Virus record (IMG/VR): IMGVR_UViG_3300028886_000037
Span: 96,001-160,000 of that record
From: a virus
Taxonomy: Duplodnaviria; Caudoviricetes
Reading direction: 5' to 3' (one strand)
Length of the DNA: 64,000 nucleotides
How positions within the stretch are numbered: position 1 is the first letter of the stretch; each line of letters starts with the position of its first letter. Below, in pieces: positions 39,203-47,520 of this stretch. The notes beneath the pieces are model-generated. The model searched no databases. It was not told where the DNA came from and saw nothing but the letters and a program-made list of their open reading frames with translations. Position numbers and translations under genes: made by a program.

Positions 39203-39747
39203 TATCGTCTCTCCAGTGACTTCTGAACTCTGTCTGCGATCTTGACTACGGCTTCTGGACTGAACTCGAGGATTCCGAACGGCGAGTTCTGCGGTGGAAT
39301 TCCTAGGCCAGCTCCCCACTTGAGAATCTCTGATACCGTCGAGTCGTCTAGTTTAACTACTGGATTGTAGTGTTTCTGGTGCCAGTACGTATCAGGTGAT
39401 ATGTGCATAGGATAGAGCTCGTTCAGATCTCTGGGATGTGTTCTACGGATCTCTTCGAAAAAGCTCTTAGCGCCAGTGCTCCACGGCTCTTTGATCCATC
39501 TGATGCGATACATCACGGACAGTCTTGACGACTTGACTTTGATTACAGATTGAAGGCTACGTGTCAGTCGGTATGTCTCTACGCTGTCTGGAAGAGTGAA
39601 GTCTGCCTTGAATGTGCCGTCATCGTCTTCAACCCGGAATTTCATTCTCGGATCGATCTGATTCAATTCGTGCACAATACGCGAGTACAGAAGCTTTACC
39701 GTTCTGCTTCCTTTCTCTTCATCAATTGTCATGTCGAAGTTGGTCAT
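39202..39747 (-). CDS. Hypothetical protein, possibly near-leaderless
   Basis: ATG lies within ~10 nt of the -10 box of promoter 39756-39787. Confidence 0.65.
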   Translation of the reverse strand: MTNFDMTIDEEKGSRTVKLLYSRIVHELNQIDPRMKFRVEDDDGTFKADFTLPDSVETYRLTRSLQSVIKVKSSRLSVMYRIRWIKEPWSTGAKSFFEEIRRTHPRDLNELYPMHISPDTYWHQKHYNPVVKLDDSTVSEILKWGAGLGIPPQNSPFGILEFSPEAVVKIADRVQKSLERR

Positions 39748-39858
39748 ACATGTCAAATATAAGCAAAATGGCTCAGTTTGTAAACCCTATACAAACAGGA
39801 GACGGACAAAATCCGTCTCCAGGAACTCTTCCTACGCTAGCAGGTGAGCTATTTAGTC

Positions 39859-40524
39859 TTAGATGTGCCTAAGACAGTTACTGTCGAGATCGGCTACGAT
39901 TCGTTCATAGCTGACACCGCGATCGAGCTTACTTTGGATCATCTCGCGATTATTGTCGATCAGACAGTCGACTTCGTCCCAGTCGAATCCGCCTTCGTCG
40001 TGCAGATAGTTCTCGAACTCGTCAATTGGATCCATCAGCGGACCTACTGCTTCTCGAATGAGAGCAAATCCCTCGTTCTTGAGGAGCTTCTTAGCAGCTC
40101 TCAGCTTCTTGAGATTCTCTTCAGTGTCCTTGTCGTCTTTCTCTTTCGACGGAACTGCTTTAGCCTTCGGATTGTACAGAGGCTTAGGCAGACAGCCCTT
40201 GCCAGGACCGCCGTGAGGAATTCCCTGATTGAGTCCAGTAGGACCGCTTACGCCCATCGAGAAGTCCTCTTCGACCACGTTGCTTAGTTCACGAACGAAG
40301 TCGATGATGCAGTCAAGCTCTTCTCTAGAGGCGTCAGTAGCTACAGCTACGTACTTGCCTGCGCAGACAGTTCCGTTGACGTAGCCGTCAAGGTCGGAAA
40401 GTTCTCCCTTTCCCCAAATTGCCTTCGATAGCTCATTGCTGACGCGTGAAGCCGTTGTCGAGTTTCCGAACTCGAACAAGAGGCTCATGTACTTTTCATC
40501 GACTACGATATTTTCCCATTCCAT
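39859..40524 (-). CDS. Hypothetical protein
   Basis: 221 aa, AGGAG RBS. Confidence 0.75.
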   Translation of the reverse strand: MEWENIVVDEKYMSLLFEFGNSTTASRVSNELSKAIWGKGELSDLDGYVNGTVCAGKYVAVATDASREELDCIIDFVRELSNVVEEDFSMGVSGPTGLNQGIPHGGPGKGCLPKPLYNPKAKAVPSKEKDDKDTEENLKKLRAAKKLLKNEGFALIREAVGPLMDPIDEFENYLHDEGGFDWDEVDCLIDNNREMIQSKLDRGVSYERIVADLDSNCLRHI

Positions 40525-40527
40525 ATT

Positions 40528-40839
40528 TTACTCCTTGATGAGTTTCATACCCACAGAATTTAGAATTTTCTCTGCTTCTTGTAAACCCCTGTTTCTGAAG
40601 CACCAAGACTTTAGCCAGTCTGTGCAAGCGTCGAGCGCCTGCAGATTGTTGTCGAAAGCGAAAGTGAACGCGTTGCCGATACACCAGCATCCCATGAAGA
40701 ACTCACGATACTTGGACAGCTCGCCATTAAGGGCTTTAGAGAATTCGACTCTAACCTTGATGGCAGACTTTTGGCTGTTCATCTTGAATAGTGCGGAACA
40801 CTCGTCATCATCTACATCAATGTCTAAAAGTCTAATCAT
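40528..40839 (-). CDS. Hypothetical protein
   Basis: 103 aa, TATAAATA just upstream. Confidence 0.65.
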   Translation of the reverse strand: MIRLLDIDVDDDECSALFKMNSQKSAIKVRVEFSKALNGELSKYREFFMGCWCIGNAFTFAFDNNLQALDACTDWLKSWCFRNRGLQEAEKILNSVGMKLIKE

Positions 40840-40854
40840 ACATTATTTATATGA

Positions 40855-41430
40855 CTACCACTTTCTCCATTCATCGTAATTTTTGAAGGGATCTTTGTCG
40901 CTTATAGAGTATTGGCCAGGATAGTACCCGCCAGAAGAGAATGTACCAGGTTTGCTCAGATAGCTCTCAGCCTCTTCGACTTCCTTGGATTCCTCTTCTG
41001 GCTGATTTTCCTTGAGCTCGTGCATTTCCTTGGCGACCTGCATCTCGATCACTCTCTTAGCCTTCTCGATCTCATCGTCAGACTTTAATTCGGCCTTAGA
41101 GAAGAGATCGATCATGTCGTTCGCATTGTCGCTTACGACGCGCCAGATGTCAGAGAAAGCTGAGAGTCCGAGCTTGCTTCTCCAGACACGCAGTTCTTCC
41201 TTGTTTCTCACTGACGGGATCTTGATATAGGGGTCTGGATAGCTTACGACCCAGTTGTCGACAATGAGCTTAGCGATCTCACGGCACTCCATCGTGTCGC
41301 CGTTGATCTTGACTCGATAAGGGCACGTGTCGTCTGGCTTGCCGATCTCTAACTCTACTGCTGGCTCATTCAAGTACATGCGCACTGTGCCGTTGGCGAA
41401 CTGAATTCCTATGCTCTTAACTTTGCTCAT
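40855..41430 (-). CDS. Hypothetical protein
   Basis: 191 aa coupled ORF. Confidence 0.7.
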   Translation of the reverse strand: MSKVKSIGIQFANGTVRMYLNEPAVELEIGKPDDTCPYRVKINGDTMECREIAKLIVDNWVVSYPDPYIKIPSVRNKEELRVWRSKLGLSAFSDIWRVVSDNANDMIDLFSKAELKSDDEIEKAKRVIEMQVAKEMHELKENQPEEESKEVEEAESYLSKPGTFSSGGYYPGQYSISDKDPFKNYDEWRKW

Positions 41431-41876
41431 ACTTCTTTACCTTTGAAGCGATCTACTAAGTCCTCTACTGTCTCTGGTGATGTCGATGGACTGATCATCG
41501 TGCACTTCATGACATATTCGTTGATCTTGTTGTACCAGATCGGCTTCAAGTTAGTTATGCGAGTCGAAGTGATGCCCTCATAGCGCAGAGGAAATGCCTG
41601 AGGCAGACGAGAATCTTCCTCGACAAGATATGACAATATCGACTTGATAGTCTCGAAGCCGTGCCTTACGATCCACTGTCCATCTTCCTTGACCTGAAAG
41701 AGGAGATCGTTTGGCTGAATGCCGAGGAGAACGTTCTCGACGAAGCTTCTGTTCTCTCGAACGTTCCAAGACTTAGTGTCCTGATGAAAGAGGATCTCAC
41801 CGTCGCGAACTTTGCGAGTGAGATCGAAGATCCTGACTGGAATCTGGTATATGACGGCTTCCTTTTCGTGGTACAT
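41427..41876 (-). CDS. DUF262-like protein (degenerate)
   Basis: WNVRENRSFVENVLLGIQ...F...EDGQWIV..G. Confidence 0.55.
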   Translation of the reverse strand: MYHEKEAVIYQIPVRIFDLTRKVRDGEILFHQDTKSWNVRENRSFVENVLLGIQPNDLLFQVKEDGQWIVRHGFETIKSILSYLVEEDSRLPQAFPLRYEGITSTRITNLKPIWYNKINEYVMKCTMISPSTSPETVEDLVDRFKGKEV

Positions 41877-41880
41877 CTGC

Positions 41881-42273
41881 TTAGCCCTTCTTATTGCGTG
41901 CTAGACGAAGAGTCATAGCCTTTGCGTACTTCTTTAGATCTATCTCTGGAATCGCCTTAAGATCTTTGCTGAGAGGTTCGATGCATTTCGGAGCTAGATT
42001 CTCTACAAGGAACGTCATGGCTGGAACAGATAGTGTTTTGAGATTTAGAAGCTCTTTAGCTTTCTCCGAAATTATTTCGTCTCTTTTTGCCCAGACGAAA
42101 GCCTCATTGAAGCTTTTTGTCTTTCCATCTATCGATATCCGAGCTATATCGACGTATTTGTAAAATGTGCCATTGAGTGTGATACCTTTACTATCGATAG
42201 ATATGCTGGGATCAATGTATATCTGCCAGCATTGAACCCCGGTAAACGTCAATGTGTCCATGTAGATTTGCAT
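41881..42273 (-). CDS. Hypothetical protein
   Basis: 130 aa; N-terminus loosely similar to 40855..41430. Confidence 0.65.
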   Translation of the reverse strand: MQIYMDTLTFTGVQCWQIYIDPSISIDSKGITLNGTFYKYVDIARISIDGKTKSFNEAFVWAKRDEIISEKAKELLNLKTLSVPAMTFLVENLAPKCIEPLSKDLKAIPEIDLKKYAKAMTLRLARNKKG

Positions 42274-42283
42274 CGGCTTAGGC

Positions 42284-43147
42284 TCACTTGATCATAGAGA
42301 GGAAGTCTTCCGGGCTGATGATCTCGATTCCAAGAGACTTAGCCTTGACAGACTTAGACGAGGTAGAAGACGGATCTTCTTGGACGAGGAAGGAGAGACC
42401 CTTCTTGACGGAAGAGATGGTGCCGCCGTTAGCGATGACGAGTTCTTCGCACTTAGAGCGAGAGCCGATAGCTTCGGCCTTGCCAGTGAAGCAGAAGCTC
42501 TTTCCAGTGAGCTTGCCGTCCTTGACTTCGACCTTCTTTGCAGCTTCCAGCTTGACGAGGCCAGTCTTGATAGCGTTGACCATGTCTTCGCGCTTGAGGC
42601 AGAATTCGAAAGCGAACTTAGCGATCACGTCTTCGCTGACCATAGATGCGGGATGGTGCTTCTTGAGATCCTGAGCAGTTACGCCTGTCAGGACAGCTTC
42701 AGGATCTTCGTAGACGCCCTTGAACGGTGCCAGCTGATCGAGATCGAGGAACTTCTTTTCGCCGAAGCCGCGAAGATCGAACAGAGAGACGAACTTAGCG
42801 AGAGTCATCGGCTTAGCGAGAGCCTTGTGGAGATTCATGTGGATCTTGTAGCCGTTCTTGCTCATGATCACGTTGTAGAAGTCGGTGTTGCTCATCTGTA
42901 GGACTTCCGTGATGGTCTTCTTCTCAGCAGCGAGGTTCTCGATGAAGCCTTCGCCAGCGCCTTCGACTTCGAGCTTCGTGAAGAACTCGGCGAACATGTG
43001 CTTGACTTTGTTCTTGCAGCTCATGTTCTGGCACTCGACGAAGCCAGATTCTGTGATAGTGAGGTCTCCGCCGCAGCACGGGCAAGAGGTCGGAAGGTTG
43101 AGGTTCTTGGTGATGTAGTTGGCGAAGATCGGATGGCAGTTGATCAT
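42284..43147 (-). CDS. ligA: NAD-dependent DNA ligase, C-terminal part (Zn finger, HhH, BRCT)
   Basis: LPTSCPCCGG...CQNMSC, VEGAGE, LRGFGEK, LTGKSFCFTG...SSVKK...SSKSVKAKSLGIEIISPEDF; own early promoter 43180-43211. Confidence 0.9.
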   Translation of the reverse strand: MINCHPIFANYITKNLNLPTSCPCCGGDLTITESGFVECQNMSCKNKVKHMFAEFFTKLEVEGAGEGFIENLAAEKKTITEVLQMSNTDFYNVIMSKNGYKIHMNLHKALAKPMTLAKFVSLFDLRGFGEKKFLDLDQLAPFKGVYEDPEAVLTGVTAQDLKKHHPASMVSEDVIAKFAFEFCLKREDMVNAIKTGLVKLEAAKKVEVKDGKLTGKSFCFTGKAEAIGSRSKCEELVIANGGTISSVKKGLSFLVQEDPSSTSSKSVKAKSLGIEIISPEDFLSMIK

Positions 43148-43257
43148 GTTGACGGTCCTTGTTTTAAGTTTGTATAACAAATATAAGAAAATCAGGGCTT
43201 TTCGTAAACCCTGATTTTTGAGATTTTCTTGATTTTTCTGAGCTTATCTACGCTTTC

Positions 43258-43551
43258 TCATATCTTGTACTCCTGCACCTTCAGACGATACGATCCAGAA
43301 TTTCCGTACTTGAAGAGAAATTCGTCATTTCCGTTCAACATCATCTGCTCAAGAAGATCGAGACGCTCGACCATCCTCCAAGATGAGCTGAACGGTACTT
43401 CGTGTTCTTCGTCTGGCGTGAAGACTCTAGGGCACATTCCAGATAGCGCACGAAGAGCCTCTTCTCTGAACTTAGACGCAAAATCTTCACGCTTGAAGCC
43501 GTGAGCCGCGATATGAGCATGATACTCGTCGGATTCGATTAGAAATAGCAT
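43258..43551 (-). CDS. Hypothetical protein
   Basis: 97 aa coupled ORF. Confidence 0.6.
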   Translation of the reverse strand: MLFLIESDEYHAHIAAHGFKREDFASKFREEALRALSGMCPRVFTPDEEHEVPFSSSWRMVERLDLLEQMMLNGNDEFLFKYGNSGSYRLKVQEYKI

Positions 43552-44033
43552 TAGCAGATCCTCTCAGCATACTGATTGTTTGACGCGAGCTCTACGCCGA
43601 GCACTTCGTCTTTGTGTTTCTCTTCTCCAGGCCGATAGCGTCCGAACTTTACGATGATGTTGTCGAACATCATGTTCAGATAGGTTATCTTCGGATCGAT
43701 CTCCTTAGGATTGTAGCCAGTGTAGATCACGACGACATCGTGAGTGACTTCACGGAACGCCTTGATCAAGCCGATCATTTCCTCCCAGCTGTCAAAGGGC
43801 TCTAAACCGGCGAATACGACCGCTTTTGTCAAATCGTTAGAAACATACCGGGCGACTACGTCCTCTGCTTCTACGACGATTCTACGCGCCTTAGCGAGCT
43901 CCCAGTTCTGACATACCTGATTGCCGTTCTCTGTGTCGCACTTGAACGAGCAGTAAGGAAAAGCTACCAGCATGTGCGGTAGCTTATATTCAGTGAAGCT
44001 CTCGTCGATGAGATCAACCAGCGTTAGTTTCAT
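43551..44033 (-). CDS. nrdG: Anaerobic RNR activase-like radical-SAM protein (NrdG-like)
   Basis: CSFKC...CQN, GLEP, IYTGY, KFGRY, LASNNQ. Confidence 0.75.
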   Translation of the reverse strand: MKLTLVDLIDESFTEYKLPHMLVAFPYCSFKCDTENGNQVCQNWELAKARRIVVEAEDVVARYVSNDLTKAVVFAGLEPFDSWEEMIGLIKAFREVTHDVVVIYTGYNPKEIDPKITYLNMMFDNIIVKFGRYRPGEEKHKDEVLGVELASNNQYAERIC

Positions 44034-44529
44034 CGAAACCGACCTTGAAGTAGCTCTCCTGACCAGACAGGAATTCGATCAACTTGCTGCAGAGCTTCTG
44101 TGCGTTGCCGCGATCGATCTTGAAGTAGCGGCGTCCCGGTCTCCATTCATTCGGCTCCTTTGACGGAACGTTCTGATCTTCTGGACGATCAGACGGAGTC
44201 TCTGGCTGCTGCACCATATCTGGCGCTTCGAAGCCCGGAAACTCTTCACCGTTCGCCCAGTAGCGGTAGCGCACCTTCTCTTCATAGGTGAGGCTGAACC
44301 AGTGCTGATTGTAGAGTCTGTGGAGATTCTGGATGCGAGCAGAGAGCTTTCCGAGCTCTTTCTGATAGCACTCTGCGTACTCGATGACATTGTTGATCGA
44401 GAGAAGCGGATTGCTCAGCTTTTCTCTCAGCTGTCTCTTGAGAGCAGTGCGAGTCTTTTCGAGTTCATAGATCTTGTCGATGAACTTTTTCATCTTGACA
44501 TACTTTCCGTTTGTATATAAATCAGGCAT
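44014..44529 (-). CDS. Hypothetical protein
   Basis: 171 aa ORF. Confidence 0.7.
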   Translation of the reverse strand: MPDLYTNGKYVKMKKFIDKIYELEKTRTALKRQLREKLSNPLLSINNVIEYAECYQKELGKLSARIQNLHRLYNQHWFSLTYEEKVRYRYWANGEEFPGFEAPDMVQQPETPSDRPEDQNVPSKEPNEWRPGRRYFKIDRGNAQKLCSKLIEFLSGQESYFKVGFDETNAG

Positions 44530-44660
44530 TTTCGTTTCCTTTGTGTTTTAGTTTTCTCGTATACTTAGTTTTGTCTTTCACTACTCTAGTCCGAAGTGTG
44601 GAACCGTTGTTGGTACCACTGATGCGCTCGCTTCTGAGCCGTTCGGACTCTGTAGCCTTG

Positions 44661-44837
44661 TTAGCCATCCTTGACTCCGTTGTGCATAGCTAGCTTGAGT
44701 CGCTCTGGAATCACGCGAGTCTTGTTGCACACGTCACAGCAGTACCCGTTCTCTACGATCGGATATGCGCTATTGCCGTAGCCTACGTACTTCTGTCCGC
44801 AGAGGCAGCATGTAGAGAGTAAGTTGTGATCTTTCAT
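44661..44837 (-). CDS. Small Zn-finger protein (58 aa)
   Basis: MKDHNLLSTCCLCGQKYVGYGNSAYPIVENGYCCDVCNKTRVIPERL; GAGGAG RBS; paralogous to N-terminus of 62853..63308. Confidence 0.75.
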   Translation of the reverse strand: MKDHNLLSTCCLCGQKYVGYGNSAYPIVENGYCCDVCNKTRVIPERLKLAMHNGVKDG

Positions 44838-44864
44838 AGTTATGCACTCCTCAGTTGTAGTTGA

Positions 44865-45104
44865 TCAGTTGCAGTTGAGAGCGATGTTCGAGATATAGTC
44901 ATCAGCTTTGAACTTCTTGATCGTAGATACGACGAAGTCGATCATGTGGAAGTCCATAGGATCTCCGATGTCGATGCGTCGTTCCCAAGGATGCCATTCG
45001 ATATCCGACAGCTGAGACTTGAGTTCGTCAAGTATCTCTTCGATGACGTCAGCGTCCAGTTCGTTATTGAAGCTGATATAGCCGAAAGTTCCAGATGTAG
45101 CCAT
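44865..45104 (-). CDS. Hypothetical protein
   Basis: 79 aa, AGGAG RBS, promoter upstream. Confidence 0.7.
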   Translation of the reverse strand: MATSGTFGYISFNNELDADVIEEILDELKSQLSDIEWHPWERRIDIGDPMDFHMIDFVVSTIKKFKADDYISNIALNCN

Positions 45105-45184
45105 TTTGATCTCCTGTTGAAGTAGCCATTTAGTAGCTATTTAGTATAATATAGCTATTTATGGCAGATTTGTAAACCAAGTTC

Positions 45185-45874
45185 TTACCATTCCTTTGTG
45201 CCATCTGCGCCCTTGTGTTCGATCAGGGCTTCCATAGAGTCATACTTGACGTAGCCGCTTTCGTGAATCTTCGCAGCGCCGCTCTCGATAACAGCCTTGA
45301 TGTCTTCCCAGTCTGCCTTGAAGTCATCCACAGAAGTGTACTTCTTGCCGTTGATCTGGCACTGGAGATCGGGCCATTCCTGTTCGCAGTAGCCGTTCAC
45401 GTCGCGGCCCCAGCCGTAGTGAGTCGAAGAGTCGGTAGTGCGCTTCGGCTCGTAGACTCGAACGATCTCGTACCATTTGCCGTCTTGAGCCTTGTACATG
45501 AAAGCCGAGACCCAAGCGAGAGTCTGATGATGACCGTTTATGTGACCCTCATAGTTGGCGTAGACAGACGGATAGAGGAATTCGGCGGGCATAGAGTTCC
45601 AGGTCTCGGAGATCTTCTCCCACCGTTCGATCATCTTTGTCGCTTCGTTGTGAGCCTTGACGAGACGCTTTGCCTTGCGGATCTTCCTTGCGTTCTTGAC
45701 AGGATCAGTTTCCTTGTCGACGTTAGCAGTAGCGCGATCGGACTGCAGACGGAGCTTCTTTTCCTGTTCCCTCCAGTGTTCGAGAACCTTAGCGTTGTAA
45801 GCGCGACGGTCCTGACAGACGCAGTGCTTGCCAGTGAGTTCGTAGATGGAAGAGAGATCGGAAATAGTGACCAT
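45185..45874 (-). CDS. Hypothetical early protein
   Basis: 229 aa behind early promoter 45904-45934. Confidence 0.8.
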   Translation of the reverse strand: MVTISDLSSIYELTGKHCVCQDRRAYNAKVLEHWREQEKKLRLQSDRATANVDKETDPVKNARKIRKAKRLVKAHNEATKMIERWEKISETWNSMPAEFLYPSVYANYEGHINGHHQTLAWVSAFMYKAQDGKWYEIVRVYEPKRTTDSSTHYGWGRDVNGYCEQEWPDLQCQINGKKYTSVDDFKADWEDIKAVIESGAAKIHESGYVKYDSMEALIEHKGADGTKEW

Positions 45875-45954
45875 TGAAGGCTCCTTGTTGAAGTTACATG
45901 ATCAATATAGGTATTTCCCTGAGAAATCTAAACCCCTAAAATCAAGAAAATCTA

Positions 45955-45992
45955 CAAAAATAGGCAGACACAGTCACTGCCATGTCTGCCTG
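45955..45992 (-). terminator. Terminator of tRNA array
   Basis: AGGCAGACA...TGTCTGCCT hairpin + ATTTTT. Confidence 0.75.
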
Positions 45993-46045
45993 TATCGTCC
46001 TATTTGGCCCAGAACGATATTTGTTTTTCGGCTTTATCTGTGTAG

Positions 46046-46130
46046 TCCTCCAGGAGAGACTCGAACTCTCACGGGCATATTGCCCACCTGCCCCTCAAGC
46101 AGGCCCCTATACCAATTCGGGTACCGGAGG
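46046..46130 (-). tRNA. tRNA-Leu(GAG)
   Basis: Cloverleaf, CCTGC-TT GAG GG-GCAGG, long V arm. Confidence 0.9.
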
Positions 46131-46135
46131 AAAAC

Positions 46136-46276
46136 GAGATTCATTTTAGCGGACCGCCTCCTTTAACCACTTGGATATCTCCGCGAATGAGGTTGTTATG
46201 CGGAGAGACAGGATTCGAACCTGCGAAGGCGCAAGCCAGCGGTTTTACAGACCCTGGGAATTGCTGTTAGAATCTC
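46136..46276 (-). ncRNA. ACAGCAA-scaffold RNA carrying circularly permuted tRNA-Tyr(GTA)
   Basis: GAGATTC/GAATCTC stem; 3' half (TGTAAAACCGC..T arm..TCTCCGC A) precedes 5' half (GCGGAGA..D arm..GCGGTC). Confidence 0.85.
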
Positions 46277-46279
46277 TAG

Positions 46280-46352
46280 CAGGGAAGACAGGATTTGAAC
46301 CCATACCTCGCAGATTTGGAGTCTCGTGTGCTGCCAGTTGCACCACTTCCCT
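46280..46352 (-). tRNA. tRNA-Trp(CCA)
   Basis: Cloverleaf, CT CCA AA loop. Confidence 0.88.
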
Positions 46353-46356
46353 GAAT

Positions 46357-46450
46357 GCCTCTTTTGATCAATTTCAGAACTTGATCCTGCTGGTGGTAGT
46401 TTTCGATCACAGTGAAGTATCTCGAATTCACTGCTCTCTAGAGCAGAGGC
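46357..46450 (-). ncRNA. Structured RNA, GTGAAYTCGAGATA family copy 1
   Basis: GCCTCT/AGAGGC closing stem, CAGTGAA/TTCACTG hairpin. Confidence 0.5.
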
Positions 46451-46469
46451 TGAACCTTATCATTCCATA

Positions 46470-46542
46470 TTGCCCGTGATGGACTCGAACCACCGAATAC
46501 ACGAGTCAGAGTCGTGTGCCTTACCAACTTGGCGAACGGGCA
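46470..46542 (-). tRNA. tRNA-Gln(CTG)
   Basis: CACGA-CT CTG AC-TCGTG. Confidence 0.92.
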
Positions 46543-46549
46543 GAAAAAC

Positions 46550-46932
46550 ATGATAGGGACGCCGATCGTTGCTCATTTAAGGCTTATTGATCAGCCGCTG
46601 CTTCGTGTCTCTTCTCTCTTGATCCGAATAGCAGCTTACAAAAGATCAGTCAACGGTTTCTCGTTGACGCTATCTGGTGTGACCAGCACTATCTCTATTC
46701 TTATTAGAGCAAGCACCAAGTTCTTCGTCTTGGAACTAGTAGAGACTGGCATGACCTTACTGAGCAGTTTGCCCAGGAGTTAGACCGATGTTCTGACCAT
46801 CAGCCAAGGGAGCTGAGATTCAAGCTGTGCTGCTCAGCTCTCGCCCTGTCCTCGTTAGCCAAGGCAATTTCCAGTTGCTCTACGCTGCATCGGTTTGTAG
46901 GAATTAAGCTTTAGAGTTGCTGTGCCTATCAT
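46550..46932 (-). ncRNA. Large ACAGCAA-scaffold RNA (~380 nt)
   Basis: ATGATAGG-C-ACAGCAA-CTCT ... CCTATCAT-G; several internal hairpins; no credible ORF. Confidence 0.7.
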
Positions 46933-46936
46933 TAAG

Positions 46937-47069
46937 AATCTCTGATGACGCATTACTGAGCTATCCTTTACGCGTTCTCAGCCACTATTCCGCAACTTAT
47001 GCTACTGCACTAGCCCCAAAAGGATCTACCTTGGACGGGCTTTTACTTACATCATCTTCATCAGTGATT
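46937..47069 (-). ncRNA. Structured RNA, TGATGTAAGTA family copy 1
   Basis: AATC-A-CTGATGA/TCATCAG-A-GATT closing stem. Confidence 0.5.
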
Positions 47070-47072
47070 TAG

Positions 47073-47146
47073 TCCCATAGCCGAGATTCGAACCCGAACT
47101 TCATGCGCCACAAGCATGCGTGCTAACCAATTAACACTACTGCGGG
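47073..47146 (-). tRNA. tRNA-His(GTG), no G-1, A73
   Basis: CATGC-TT GTG GC-GCATG. Confidence 0.88.
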
Positions 47147-47151
47147 GATGT

Positions 47152-47238
47152 GTAACGAGAGCGTGATGGTGGGCAGTTTAGAACTGCCAAGAATCCTTGC
47201 GGATCACCATCTTCATTTCACCATCACGTTCTCGTTAC
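47152..47238 (-). ncRNA. Long-stem RNA capped by GNRA hairpin and T-arm-like hairpin
   Basis: ~20-bp stem GTAACGAGAACGTGATGGTG/CACCATCACGCTCTCGTTAC; GGCAG-TTCTAAA-CTGCC. Confidence 0.6.
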
Positions 47239-47242
47239 TTAG

Positions 47243-47316
47243 TAGCTCTGTCGGGACTTGAACCCGAATTTCTAGCTTGAGAGGCTAACGAACTAAACCA
47301 GTTATTCGACGGAGCC
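47243..47316 (-). tRNA. tRNA-Glu(CTC)
   Basis: TTAGC-CT CTC AA-GCTAG. Confidence 0.9.
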
Positions 47317-47322
47317 AAAGAC

Positions 47323-47439
47323 GAGATTCACTTTAGCGGGACTCGAACCCGTAACCTCTTCACTATTTCAGTGAAGTGCTCTACCAATTGAGCTATTTTC
47401 CCAACGGCGGAAAAAACCAGAGTTTGCTGTTGGAATCTC
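47323..47439 (-). ncRNA. ACAGCAA-scaffold RNA carrying permuted tRNA-Phe(GAA)-like module
   Basis: 3' acceptor strand TTTTTCC precedes GGGAAAA-D-anticodon-T arms; GAGATTC/GAATCTC stem. Confidence 0.8.
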
Positions 47440-47442
47440 TAG

Positions 47443-47514
47443 AGCACCTAGCGAGGATCGAACTCGCGACTACAGTTTGGAAGACTATCATGTTAGCCAC
47501 TACACCATAGACGC
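47443..47514 (-). tRNA. tRNA-Gly(TCC)
   Basis: ATAGT-CT TCC AA-ACTGT. Confidence 0.9.
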
Positions 47515-47520
47515 GGATGT

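Noticed and set aside
8-45877. Long plus-strand ORFs antisense to core genes (e.g. 34509..35282, 45215..45877, 7035..7598)
   Set aside because: Shadow frames produced by codon bias of the minus-strand genes; no motifs or RBS.
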